This document shows, one piece after another, positions 9,319 through 17,867 of a stretch of DNA of 32,000 bases; position 1 is the first letter of the stretch, and each line of letters opens with the position of its first letter. The notes beneath the pieces were generated by a model. The model saw only the letters and a program-made list of their open reading frames with translations, was not told the DNA's origin and made no database searches. Made by a program: the position numbers and the translations under genes. Source of the stretch: Ferroglobus placidus DSM 10642 (GTDB lineage Archaea > Halobacteriota > Archaeoglobi > Archaeoglobales > Archaeoglobaceae); assembly GCF_000025505.1 (NCBI RefSeq), contig NC_013849.1:1350001-1382000 (forward strand), written 5' to 3'.

Positions 9319-9959
9319 CGATTTAAACTACACAACCTGATAAATTTTCTATTAACTTCGATTACTCTGGATACCACTGTTGGTAGAGATGTGTTGACAC
9401 TCTTCACAGCAGTTTTTAAGTCCCCCACCACTACGCAGACTCTACAAAAAAGCCCCCTGTTCCAGCTTATCGGAACGTATTTCTCGGTTCCGCCTTCTTA
9501 GTTGTAATACGGATGAATGTGTGTTTTCGGTTAGCGAAACTCCTATCTTAACGGTATTCTTGGCTCTTGAGAGTATTTCGATTTTGAGAGAATAAAAACT
9601 TACAACGCTTGTGCGATTAGTTTGCAGCACGACTATTATTGGCGGTGGAAAGTTTTTAGTAACGCTGACGATCGAAAAGGAGCGAAACTATCGATTTTAG
9701 TAAAATCGGGGGAAGATAATATACATTCCGTACAATGAGTTAGCGTAATTCGACTATCGATGTATTTCTCTCAAATATTTCTCGCTAATGCGTCCTTAAC
9801 GGACTTCGAAGACGTTTACGTAATGTCTTCTGGGACTACGTATCGAGTTATTATTTCGCTAAGTCGAACTAAAACTTTTCTTCTGCAATTATTTTAAATT
9901 AAAGACTATTAGAAAACGATTTAAATCACGTCTAATCATGGATTTATGAGGTGTTTTAA

Positions 9960-11111
9960 ATGGATTTCGAACTCACGCAAGAGCAAAAGGATATTCAAAG
10001 AGCAGCAAGAGAGTTTGCTCAGGCGGAATTCACTCCGGAGAGAGGAAGGGAGTACGACGAAAAGGAAGAATTTCCTTTTGATCTCTGGAAAAAAGCCTGC
10101 GAGCTCGGCTTTATAGGCGTGCACTTCCCTGAAGAATACGGAGGAGCTGGGCTCGGATATTTGGAGAACGTTCTTATCGCTGAAGAATTCTGCAGGGCTG
10201 ACAGCACAATAGGAAGTGCGATAATTCTCTCTGACTTCTCCTCAGAAGTTATAATGAAGTTCGGTAGCGAGGAGCAGAAAGAAGAGGTTCTGCCGAAGGT
10301 GGCGAGCGGAAAAGCCATAACAGCTGGCTGTTATACTGAACCGGAAGCCGGGAGCGATTTAACTGCTATAAGGACGAAAGCTGAGAAAGATGGAGACGAG
10401 TGGGTGATTAACGGGACGAAGACGTTCATAACGAACGCTCCCATAGCCGATTATTTCGTCGTTTTGGCTGTAACCGATCCGAACGCTCAGCCGAGGTATC
10501 GTGGCTTTACGACGTTTCTCGTGAGGAAAAACGCTGAAGGTTTGAAGATAAACAAGATAACTGGAAAGTTCGGGATTAGGAGTTCTCCTACAGCCGAAGT
10601 TAGCTTTAAGGATGTTAGAGTAAGTGAAGAAGACGTAATCGGACAGCTCAACCGCGGATTTTATCAGGTTCTCGAATTCTTCGACGGGAGCAGAATAGAA
10701 ATAGCTGCTCAAGCTATAGGAATAGCTCAGGGGGCTTTAGACAAAACGATTAGCTACGTGAAGCAGAGAAAGCAGTTTGGACAGCCGATAGGAGCTTTTC
10801 AGGCTTTGCAACACAGAATTGCCGACATGGCTGCACAGCTCGAAGCTTGCAGACTCTTGGTTTACAAAGCTGCTTGGAAGTACGACAGGGGCGAAATCGA
10901 TCCAGCTTTAACGAGCATGGCTAAGTACTACGCTGGAAAGCTTGCCGTTAGAATATGCGACGAAGCGATCCAAATGCACGGTGGTTATGGATATATAGCT
11001 GAGTACGACGTGGAGAGATTTTACAGAGACGCGAAGATCACCGAAATCTACGAAGGGACGAAGGAGATTCAACTCAACACAATTGCGAAAGGTTTATTGG
11101 GTAAGTTGTAA
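9960..11111 (+). CDS. Acyl-CoA dehydrogenase
   Basis: 383 aa. YTEPEAGSD, QMHGGYGY and YEGTKEIQ motifs. GAGGTG SD upstream of the ATG. Confidence 0.92.
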   Translation: MDFELTQEQKDIQRAAREFAQAEFTPERGREYDEKEEFPFDLWKKACELGFIGVHFPEEYGGAGLGYLENVLIAEEFCRADSTIGSAIILSDFSSEVIMKFGSEEQKEEVLPKVASGKAITAGCYTEPEAGSDLTAIRTKAEKDGDEWVINGTKTFITNAPIADYFVVLAVTDPNAQPRYRGFTTFLVRKNAEGLKINKITGKFGIRSSPTAEVSFKDVRVSEEDVIGQLNRGFYQVLEFFDGSRIEIAAQAIGIAQGALDKTISYVKQRKQFGQPIGAFQALQHRIADMAAQLEACRLLVYKAAWKYDRGEIDPALTSMAKYYAGKLAVRICDEAIQMHGGYGYIAEYDVERFYRDAKITEIYEGTKEIQLNTIAKGLLGKL

Positions 11112-11140
11112 AGTTTAAAAAGTTAAACGGGGTGAAGCTG

Positions 11141-12847
11141 ATGGAGGATGAGCTGAAGAAGAAGGAGATCGAAAGAATTAGGAAGAAGAGGGAAGAGTGG
11201 GAGAAAAACTGTTTGCAACCGTTTTTGGAAAAGGCTGGCGAAAGAGACTATCCTTTCGAAACGCTCTCTGGAATTGAGGTAAAGAGGGTTTACGATCCTG
11301 AAGATATCGCTCACATAGACTTTGTCAGAGATATCGGTTATCCGGGAGAATTTCCCTTTACGAGGGGAGTATATCCGACGATGTACAGGGGAAGGCTCTG
11401 GACGATGAGACAGTTCTCCGGATTTGGAACGGCTGAAGACACGAACAGGAGATGGAAGATGCTTCTTAAGGAAGGTCAGACGGGATTGAGCACAGCTTTT
11501 GACTTCCCCACTTTAATGGGTTTGGACAGCGACGACCCTCTTGCTGACGGAGAAGTTGGTAAGGTTGGAGTGGCTGTAGATACTCTAAAAGATTTCGAAA
11601 TACTCTTCGACGGAATTCCCCTCGACAAGATATCGACCTCCTTCACGATCAATCCGCCGGCTGCGATAATTCTGGCTATGTATACAGCTATAGGCGACAT
11701 GCAGGGTGTTCCGAGGGATCAGCTGAGAGGAACTATTCAGAACGACATGCTTAAAGAGTTCCACGCTCAGAACACGATAGTCCTTCCACCGGAGCCTTCC
11801 GTCAAGATAATCGTGGACATATTCGAGTGGGGTATTGAAAACGTTCCGAAGTTCAATCTCATAAGCATTTCCGGATACCACATAAGAGAGGCTGGCTCTA
11901 CAGCCGTTCAGGAGCTTGCTTTCACGATAGCGGACGGAATGGCTTACGTTGAGGCTGCCATGGAAAGGGGAATCGATGTGGATAGGTTAGCTCCTCAGCT
12001 GAGCTTCTTCTTCAACGCCCACAACAACTTCTTCGAAGAGATCGCCAAATTCAGGGCGGCGAGAAGAATGTGGGCTAAGATAATGAGAGACGAGTTCGGA
12101 GCTAAGAATCCGAGGTCTTGGTGGATGAAGTTCCACGTGCAAACAGCTGGATGCACTTTAACGGCTCAGCAGCCTTTGAACAACATAGTCAGAGTAACTA
12201 TTCAGGCTATGGCGGCTGTTTTAGGAGGCTGCCAGAGCTTGCATACGAACAGCTTCGACGAAGCTTGGGCTTTGCCGAGTGAAGAGGCTGTTAGGGTAGC
12301 TCTGAGAACTCAGCAGATAATAGCTTACGAGAGCGGTATTCCAGATACTATCGATCCCCTTGCGGGAAGCTACTACGTTGAGTGGCTTACGGACAAGATG
12401 GAGAAGCTCGCTTGGAAGTACATCGAAGAGATAAGGAAAATGGGTGAGGGAAGCGTTTTGCAGGGAGTTTTGAGGGGGATAGAGAACGGATTCTTCGTCA
12501 AAGAGATTAGCAACGCTGCGGCGAAGTATCAGAAGGAGGTCGAAGAAGGCAGAAGAATAATCGTCGGAGTTAACAAGTTCACGATAAAGGAGAAGCTGAA
12601 GATTCCGATCCTCAAGGTCGATCCGGAGGTGCAGAGGAGGCAGATCGAGAGGCTGAAGAAGGTTAAGGCTGAGAGGGACAACGAAGCCGTCAAAGAAGCT
12701 TTAGAATGGTTGAGAAACGCCGCCGAAAATGACGAAAACGTCATGCCTCCGATACTTGAAGCTGTGAAGAATTACGCTACGGTCGGAGAAATTATGGGAG
12801 TTCTCAAGGAGGTTTACGGAACTTACAGAAAGCCTATCATCATCTAA
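11141..12847 (+). CDS. Methylmalonyl-CoA mutase, catalytic (N-terminal/large) subunit
   Basis: FTRGVYPTMYRGRLWTMRQFSGFG and the full-length MCM barrel pattern. ATG 11141 sits behind a GGGGTGA SD; the ORF track starts at GTG 11132. Confidence 0.92.
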   Translation: MEDELKKKEIERIRKKREEWEKNCLQPFLEKAGERDYPFETLSGIEVKRVYDPEDIAHIDFVRDIGYPGEFPFTRGVYPTMYRGRLWTMRQFSGFGTAEDTNRRWKMLLKEGQTGLSTAFDFPTLMGLDSDDPLADGEVGKVGVAVDTLKDFEILFDGIPLDKISTSFTINPPAAIILAMYTAIGDMQGVPRDQLRGTIQNDMLKEFHAQNTIVLPPEPSVKIIVDIFEWGIENVPKFNLISISGYHIREAGSTAVQELAFTIADGMAYVEAAMERGIDVDRLAPQLSFFFNAHNNFFEEIAKFRAARRMWAKIMRDEFGAKNPRSWWMKFHVQTAGCTLTAQQPLNNIVRVTIQAMAAVLGGCQSLHTNSFDEAWALPSEEAVRVALRTQQIIAYESGIPDTIDPLAGSYYVEWLTDKMEKLAWKYIEEIRKMGEGSVLQGVLRGIENGFFVKEISNAAAKYQKEVEEGRRIIVGVNKFTIKEKLKIPILKVDPEVQRRQIERLKKVKAERDNEAVKEALEWLRNAAENDENVMPPILEAVKNYATVGEIMGVLKEVYGTYRKPIII

Positions 12848-12867
12848 AATTTTTTTGAGGTGGTGGG

Positions 12868-13293
12868 ATGGAGAGACCGATCAAGGTTCTCGTCGCCAAA
12901 GTTGGATTGGACGGTCACGATAGGGGGGCTAAAGTCGTTGCGAGATTCTTAAGAGATGCTGGCTTCGAAGTCGTTTACACCGGCTTACATAGAACTCCGC
13001 AGGAAGTGGCGATGGCAGCGGTTCAGGAGGACGTTGATGTTGTTGGGATATCCATTCACAGCGGAGCTCACAAGGAGCTGGTGCCGAAGGTAATAAAGTA
13101 CATCAAAGAATTTGGAGGAAACCCAGAGGAGATGGTAATACTCGTTGGAGGAATAATCCCCGAAGACGACTTTGAAGAGCTGAAAAAAGCTGGAGTTGAT
13201 GGTATCTTCATCCCCGGAACACCGATTCAGGAGATAATAGATTTTATAAAGAAAGCCGTAGCTGAGAAGAGAAAAGCGGTGGCTAAGAAATGA
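12868..13293 (+). CDS. Methylmalonyl-CoA mutase, B12-binding (C-terminal/small) subunit
   Basis: 141 aa with the DxHxxG cobalamin-binding motif ([11 protein letters not shown]). Confidence 0.92.
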   Translation: MERPIKVLVAKVGLDGHDRGAKVVARFLRDAGFEVVYTGLHRTPQEVAMAAVQEDVDVVGISIHSGAHKELVPKVIKYIKEFGGNPEEMVILVGGIIPEDDFEELKKAGVDGIFIPGTPIQEIIDFIKKAVAEKRKAVAKK

Positions 13294-14333
13294 ACGTTGA
13301 GGAGATTGTTGAGGGGATACTGAACAAGAACAGAAGGGCTTTAGCGAGAGCAATAACGTACGTTGAAAACGAATATCCAGAGGGGAAAGAGATTTTAAAA
13401 AGGGTTTATCACCGCACCGGAAAAGCTCACGTCGTTGGGATTACTGGCTTTCCCGGAGTAGGTAAATCTACAACTGTGAGTAAGCTGACGCAGGAGTTCA
13501 GAAGGAGGGGTAAAACCGTAGGGATTGTAGCTGTTGATCCCGGCTCCCCTTTTACCGGAGGTGCTTTGCTCGGAGATAGATTAAGGCTCGATGGCTTGGA
13601 TGTGAACAATCCTCTTTGGCTTGACGAAGGCGTTTTCTTCAGAAGCATGAGCTCTCGCGGGAGAGCTGGTGGAATTGCCGCTAAAACGGGAGACGTGGTA
13701 AGGCTGATGGACGCTTTTGGCTTTGATGTAATCTTCGTCGAAACTGTCGGAGCGGGACAGAGCGAAGTGGACATAATAGAGGTGGCTGACACGAGCATAG
13801 TCATTTTAATGCCGGAGATGGGAGACGACATTCAGATAAACAAAGCCGGGATTCTTGAAATCGGAGACATCTACGTGGTGAACAAAGCGGATTTGGGAGG
13901 AGCCGAAAAAACTGTGAAGTGGCTCAAATCGATGATCATGATGGATCAGGAAGCTCTGGAGATTTTGTCGAAAACTACTCATGCTGATGAACATGCTGTT
14001 GAAAGCGGAGAAATTTTTGAGAGGTTGAAGAGAACGAAAGATTGGATACCTCCGGTTTTGACTACCGTCGCCGAGAAAGGAGAAGGAATTAAGGAGCTTG
14101 CCGATGCGATAGAGCAGCATTTCGAGTATCTTAAGAAGAGCGGAAAATTAGAGGAGAGGAGAATAAGGAGGCTTAGCAGGGAAGTCTTCGATCTGATAAT
14201 GGACGAGATAAAGAATTTGCTCTCCAAGAACGATGTGATCAACTACAGGGAGGTAATCCAAAAAGTTGTTAGAGGAGAGCTCGATCCTCACACTGCTGCT
14301 GAGATGGTCGTCGAGAAGTTGATTAGGCTATGA
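13290..14333 (+). CDS. meaB: Methylmalonyl-CoA mutase-associated G-protein chaperone (MeaB/ArgK)
   Basis: Walker [10 protein letters not shown] and NKAD G4 motif (VVNKADL). ATGA overlap with the upstream mutase subunit. Confidence 0.9.
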   Translation: MNVEEIVEGILNKNRRALARAITYVENEYPEGKEILKRVYHRTGKAHVVGITGFPGVGKSTTVSKLTQEFRRRGKTVGIVAVDPGSPFTGGALLGDRLRLDGLDVNNPLWLDEGVFFRSMSSRGRAGGIAAKTGDVVRLMDAFGFDVIFVETVGAGQSEVDIIEVADTSIVILMPEMGDDIQINKAGILEIGDIYVVNKADLGGAEKTVKWLKSMIMMDQEALEILSKTTHADEHAVESGEIFERLKRTKDWIPPVLTTVAEKGEGIKELADAIEQHFEYLKKSGKLEERRIRRLSREVFDLIMDEIKNLLSKNDVINYREVIQKVVRGELDPHTAAEMVVEKLIRL

Positions 14334-14608
14334 AGGAAAGCTGGAGCGAGTTCAGCGAAAGCGTTGAGAAAAGCAGGGAATACCACAAGAGGTATCACAT
14401 AGCGGTGAACAATAAAGTTAGGAGGAAAATTCTGAAGCTTATAAAGGAAGGGAAAAGTTACGACGAAATTTTAGAGGAGCTGGGGATAAGCGAGGAGGAT
14501 TTTGAATACCACCTAAAAATTCTTGAGTGGGGTTTTTGCATAGTTAGAGATGGGAAAAAGCTTGAGCTCACGAAGGAAGGGGAAGTTGTAGATTACATAG
14601 GTGAGTAA
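14330..14608 (+). CDS. Small winged-HTH (ArsR-like) DNA-binding protein
   Basis: 92 aa. [41 protein letters not shown] is a wHTH pattern. ATGA overlap with meaB, and its TAA stop abuts the ATG of the next gene. Confidence 0.65.
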   Translation: MKESWSEFSESVEKSREYHKRYHIAVNNKVRRKILKLIKEGKSYDEILEELGISEEDFEYHLKILEWGFCIVRDGKKLELTKEGEVVDYIGE

Positions 14609-15361
14609 ATGATAGTCGCCGTTGCCCAGCAGAGAATTGTGGAGGATGTTGAAGTTAACAAGATGAAAGCTCTGAGTTTGGTGAAGAGAGCTATTCAGCA
14701 CGAAGCGAAGATAGTTGTTTTGCCCGAAGCCTCAAATACCGGCTTGTTCCCGGAGAATTTCGGAAAAGTTAGAAGCTTGGAAGAAGAGCTCGACTTAATT
14801 CTCAAACTCTCTGAAAGGAAGGACATACTCGTAATCGCTGGAGTCGTAGAGAGAAGCGAAGGAAATCTGTTCAATTCCGTCGCTTTAATTTACAGGGGGG
14901 AAGTCATAGGAAAGTACAGCAAAATTTTGCTTTTCCCTTTGAACGAGGAGAGAAAGTACCTTACGGCTGGAAAGGAGCTGAAAGTCTTTGAAACTGACTT
15001 CGGCAAAATCGGAGTTTTAGTTTGCTACGAGGTAAGATTTCCAGAGATGGCGAGAAAACTCATGAAGATGGGTGCCGAAATTTTGGCTGTTCCGGCAGAG
15101 TTTCCGGCAGAGAGAATAGAGCACTGGAGAACCTTGCTGAGAGCGAGAGCTATAGAAAATCAGTTCTACGTTTTGGGAGCAAACTGCGTCTCTCCAGACG
15201 GTTTTTACGGTGGAAACTCGATGATAGTTGATCCAATGGGAAACGTCGTGAACGAAGCGGGGAATTTGCAGGAGATAATTATCGGAGAGGTAAATCTTGA
15301 GTATGTCAGGAGGGTTAGGGAGGAATACCCCTTTCTGAAGGATCTCGATTCGATCCCGTGA
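14609..15361 (+). CDS. Carbon-nitrogen hydrolase (nitrilase superfamily)
   Basis: 250 aa. Glu-Lys-Cys triad contexts VVLPEAS, YSKILLFP and LVCYEVRFPE. Confidence 0.85.
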   Translation: MIVAVAQQRIVEDVEVNKMKALSLVKRAIQHEAKIVVLPEASNTGLFPENFGKVRSLEEELDLILKLSERKDILVIAGVVERSEGNLFNSVALIYRGEVIGKYSKILLFPLNEERKYLTAGKELKVFETDFGKIGVLVCYEVRFPEMARKLMKMGAEILAVPAEFPAERIEHWRTLLRARAIENQFYVLGANCVSPDGFYGGNSMIVDPMGNVVNEAGNLQEIIIGEVNLEYVRRVREEYPFLKDLDSIP

Positions 15362-15373
15362 TTTTTAGTATAA

Positions 15374-15383
15374 TTTTATAAAT
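15374..15383 (+). promoter_or_regulatory. TATA box candidate for the restriction endonuclease gene (near-leaderless transcript)
   Basis: TTTTATAAAT lies 26-35 nt upstream of ATG 15409. No SD lies between them, which fits an archaeal leaderless mRNA. Confidence 0.45.
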
Positions 15384-15408
15384 CATATAAGCGTACATAA
15401 ATTTCGAT

Positions 15409-16071
15409 ATGGGTGATCGGGAGAATGTTGTAAATGAGAGAAATGTAGACCCTTTAATCCAACTTTTTAAGAACAATCCAACTGTACTTGAGTTATTGGG
15501 AAAATTGTGGGAGGCACTCTATGTTGAAGGTAGTACGCCGGATATTGGAAAAAGAAGAGAACATATTATACGAACTATGTTGGAAGAAGAATTTGGACTT
15601 AGGGTTATTGAAGCTCCACCAATGGAAAGAGAATGGGATTTTTCGGTAGTAGTTGGAGGAGAAGAAAGAAGATATAGCCTTAAAACTACAGAAAAAATAA
15701 CCACTGTAAAAGTTGCATGGAACGGTTTCCCGTCGATAGAGAGGGCACGAAAATTTGTATTCAAATATCCGATTATGTACGTAACTGGAGATCGAGAAAG
15801 CAAAAAAATTTCGATTTATGTTTTTGAAGTTGAAGACATCGAAACATTAAGGTGGGAAATGGGCGATAACATCTGGTGGATTCCTAAAGGAGGAAATCCA
15901 AGAGGATTTGGACTTAATACGCAAGCAATCAGAAGTTTAATTAAAAAAGCTGAAGAAAAAGAGAATTTTGTAACAGTAAATTATAAATCAGTAGATATAA
16001 CTAAAATTAGAGATAAATACTGGAAAATCTGGTATAATGTTCTAAAAAAGTTGGTTTTAGAAGAAGGTTAA
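15409..16071 (+). CDS. Putative type II restriction endonuclease (PD-(D/E)xK-like)
   Basis: 220-aa AT-rich ORF convergent with the DNA methylase; the stop codons interlock in a TTAA. Candidate nuclease core E...WDFSVVVGGEERRYSLKT (D...SxK). Assignment rests on context plus motif; I recognise no family with certainty. Confidence 0.5.
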   Translation: MGDRENVVNERNVDPLIQLFKNNPTVLELLGKLWEALYVEGSTPDIGKRREHIIRTMLEEEFGLRVIEAPPMEREWDFSVVVGGEERRYSLKTTEKITTVKVAWNGFPSIERARKFVFKYPIMYVTGDRESKKISIYVFEVEDIETLRWEMGDNIWWIPKGGNPRGFGLNTQAIRSLIKKAEEKENFVTVNYKSVDITKIRDKYWKIWYNVLKKLVLEEG

Positions 16072-16979
16072 GAAAAGTATTCTGTAAGCTTTTTTGTAGC
16101 TTTTATTTCTTTTATCCTTCGCTTAGCAATTTCAACGTACTTTTCTTCGATATCTATTCCTATGAAATGTCTTCCGGTTTTTAGTGCAGCGACACATGTG
16201 GTACCACTACCAACAAATGGGTCTAAGACAACATCTCCTTTAAACGTAAAGAGTTGTATACATCTGTACGGCAACTCCTCAGGGAAAGGAGCTGGGTGAC
16301 CAACTCTTTTTGCTGACTCGGGTGGGAATTTCCAAACGCTTTTAGTAAACTCTAAAAATTCTTCTCTTGAAATAGTATCCTCTTTGTTTCCTTTTTCTCT
16401 TTTAAAGCTACCTTTAGACAAAACGATAATGTATTCGTGTTGATCTCTTAATACGGGATTTACGGCTGATTGCCAAGTTCCCCAAGCTGTTGAAGCACCG
16501 CTGACAGCATCTCCTTTGTCCCATATAATTTCGCCTCTAAAAAGAAACCCTATTTTTTCAAATCTTTCTATTAAATAGGCGTGTAGGGGGATGTATGGTT
16601 TTCTACCTAAATTAGCAACATTAAAACAGACACGTCCACCCCAAACAAGAACTCTATAAACCTCTTTCATAACCTCTTCGATGAAATCGAGGTATTCACC
16701 TAAAGTTAAATCTTCGTCATACTCTTTCCCTACATTGTAAGGCGGAGAAGTAACCATTAAATGAATACAATTCTTAGGAAGGTTCTTTAAGACCTCACGA
16801 GCGTCGCCTAATATTATATTATCTAATAGTTCGGGTGGGACGGGATTCTCAATAAGATCAGCAGGCGTCGGATTTGGAAAGTTGTTGTTCTTATATAATT
16901 TTCTTGAATAAAACGGTTTTGAATCATGACTGACTCTTCCTTGAACTCCGAAACTGCTTGTTCGAGTTTTTTTTCTCAT
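16068..16979 (-). CDS. DNA methyltransferase, beta-class N4/N6 family (SPPY motif suggests m4C)
   Basis: Motif IV TSPPYNVGKEY precedes motif I LDPFVGSGTT, the beta permutation. ATG 16979 sits behind a GGGGTGA SD; the ORF track starts at GTG 16991. Confidence 0.9.
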   Translation of the reverse strand: MRKKTRTSSFGVQGRVSHDSKPFYSRKLYKNNNFPNPTPADLIENPVPPELLDNIILGDAREVLKNLPKNCIHLMVTSPPYNVGKEYDEDLTLGEYLDFIEEVMKEVYRVLVWGGRVCFNVANLGRKPYIPLHAYLIERFEKIGFLFRGEIIWDKGDAVSGASTAWGTWQSAVNPVLRDQHEYIIVLSKGSFKREKGNKEDTISREEFLEFTKSVWKFPPESAKRVGHPAPFPEELPYRCIQLFTFKGDVVLDPFVGSGTTCVAALKTGRHFIGIDIEEKYVEIAKRRIKEIKATKKLTEYFS

Positions 16980-16987
16980 ACCGTTTT

Positions 16988-17161
16988 TCACCCCTTTAGT
17001 GGTGTAACGACTATTATCAGCTTTCCATTTTCTGCTCTAATCTCCCATTTTAACTTGTCACCTTCTGAAAGGTTAAACTGTTTGACAATACCTATAGGTA
17101 CTGTTGTTCTTAGAGATTTACTTTTCGATGTGGCTTTGGTTAATATAGTAATCTCTCCCAT
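16988..17161 (-). CDS. AbrB/SpoVT (MazE-like) swapped-hairpin DNA-binding protein
   Basis: 57 aa from ATG 17161, with a GGAGGTG SD at 17171-17177. LRTTVPIGIVKQFNLSEGDKLKWEI is the AbrB-domain pattern. Its TGA stop lies inside the methylase SD. Confidence 0.75.
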   Translation of the reverse strand: MGEITILTKATSKSKSLRTTVPIGIVKQFNLSEGDKLKWEIRAENGKLIIVVTPLKG

Positions 17162-17203
17162 TTTTGAACACACCTCCGTATTTGTAAAATATTAGGTAAA
17201 ATA

Positions 17204-17213
17204 ATTTATAAAT
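17204..17213 (-). promoter_or_regulatory. TATA box candidate for the abrB-like/methylase transcript
   Basis: Palindromic ATTTATAAAT lies about 45 nt upstream of ATG 17161. This leaves a short leader that carries the SD. Confidence 0.4.
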
Positions 17214-17240
17214 TCTGCGGTGTTCATTATATCTCTTGAT

Positions 17241-17867
17241 TTACCGCAACTTTCTCAAAATTATGTAGTACTCTCTCCTATCCTTAGCCTTTTCAACTGC
17301 TTCAACTTCAAAAATTTCCGGAAATTCTGGAATTCTCTCTTTTGAAACGAAAAGGACTTTACCTCCTTTTTTCAGCTTTTCAACAAATCTCATAAGAGCT
17401 TTCAATGAATCCTCAGGCTCTAAAGTTAGATCGCACAAAATGACGTCAAGTTCATCGAGCCTTGAAGTGTCGAAGGTGAAAGCGTCGTCTATGAAAACTC
17501 TGATGTTCTTCCTCTCTTCTTCGATTTCTCTAAGTGAATCTTCGAACTCTTTGCTGTACTCTATTCCGTAAACGAGCTTTGCTTTCTCGCTTGCGTAGAG
17601 CAAAAATCCTCCGGCGCTGCTTCCAAGATCCAAAACGATGTCACCCTCTTCTACGATTCCATACTTTTTGTCGAGCTCTTTCAGCTTGTAGTATCCTCTC
17701 GGCTTTCCTTTCTCTGCAACCTCTATTTTTTCGCTTCCCTTAACTTGGAATGACGGCTTTGTAATCACCTTCCCGTTCACTTTTACGAATCCCCTTTTTA
17801 TCGCCTCTTTAGCCTGACTTCTCGATTTAAAGTAGCCGGATTTTTTCAGAAATTCGTCAAGCCTCAT
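17241..17867 (-). CDS. S4-domain / FtsJ-like SAM-dependent RNA methyltransferase (TlyA-like)
   Basis: N-terminal S4 pattern MRLDEFLKKSGYFKSRSQAKEAIKRGFVKVNGKV, and SAM motif LDLGSSAGGF. The start overlaps the herA 3' end by 11 nt. Confidence 0.8.
   Translation of the reverse strand: MRLDEFLKKSGYFKSRSQAKEAIKRGFVKVNGKVITKPSFQVKGSEKIEVAEKGKPRGYYKLKELDKKYGIVEEGDIVLDLGSSAGGFLLYASEKAKLVYGIEYSKEFEDSLREIEEERKNIRVFIDDAFTFDTSRLDELDVILCDLTLEPEDSLKALMRFVEKLKKGGKVLFVSKERIPEFPEIFEVEAVEKAKDRREYYIILRKLR

Noticed and set aside
9319-9925. The 9-bp direct repeat CGATTTAAA at both ends of the gap (9319-9327 and 9917-9925), as possible att sites.
   Set aside because: A 9-mer match is expected many times by chance within 32 kb of AT-rich sequence. 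The flanking bases diverge immediately.
9319-9959. The large gap as a structured RNA gene (RNase P, SRP, tRNA) or a CRISPR array.
   Set aside because: G+C is low here, whereas stable RNAs of thermophiles are conspicuously GC-rich. I found no cloverleaf, no conserved RNase P or SRP boxes, and no regularly spaced repeats.
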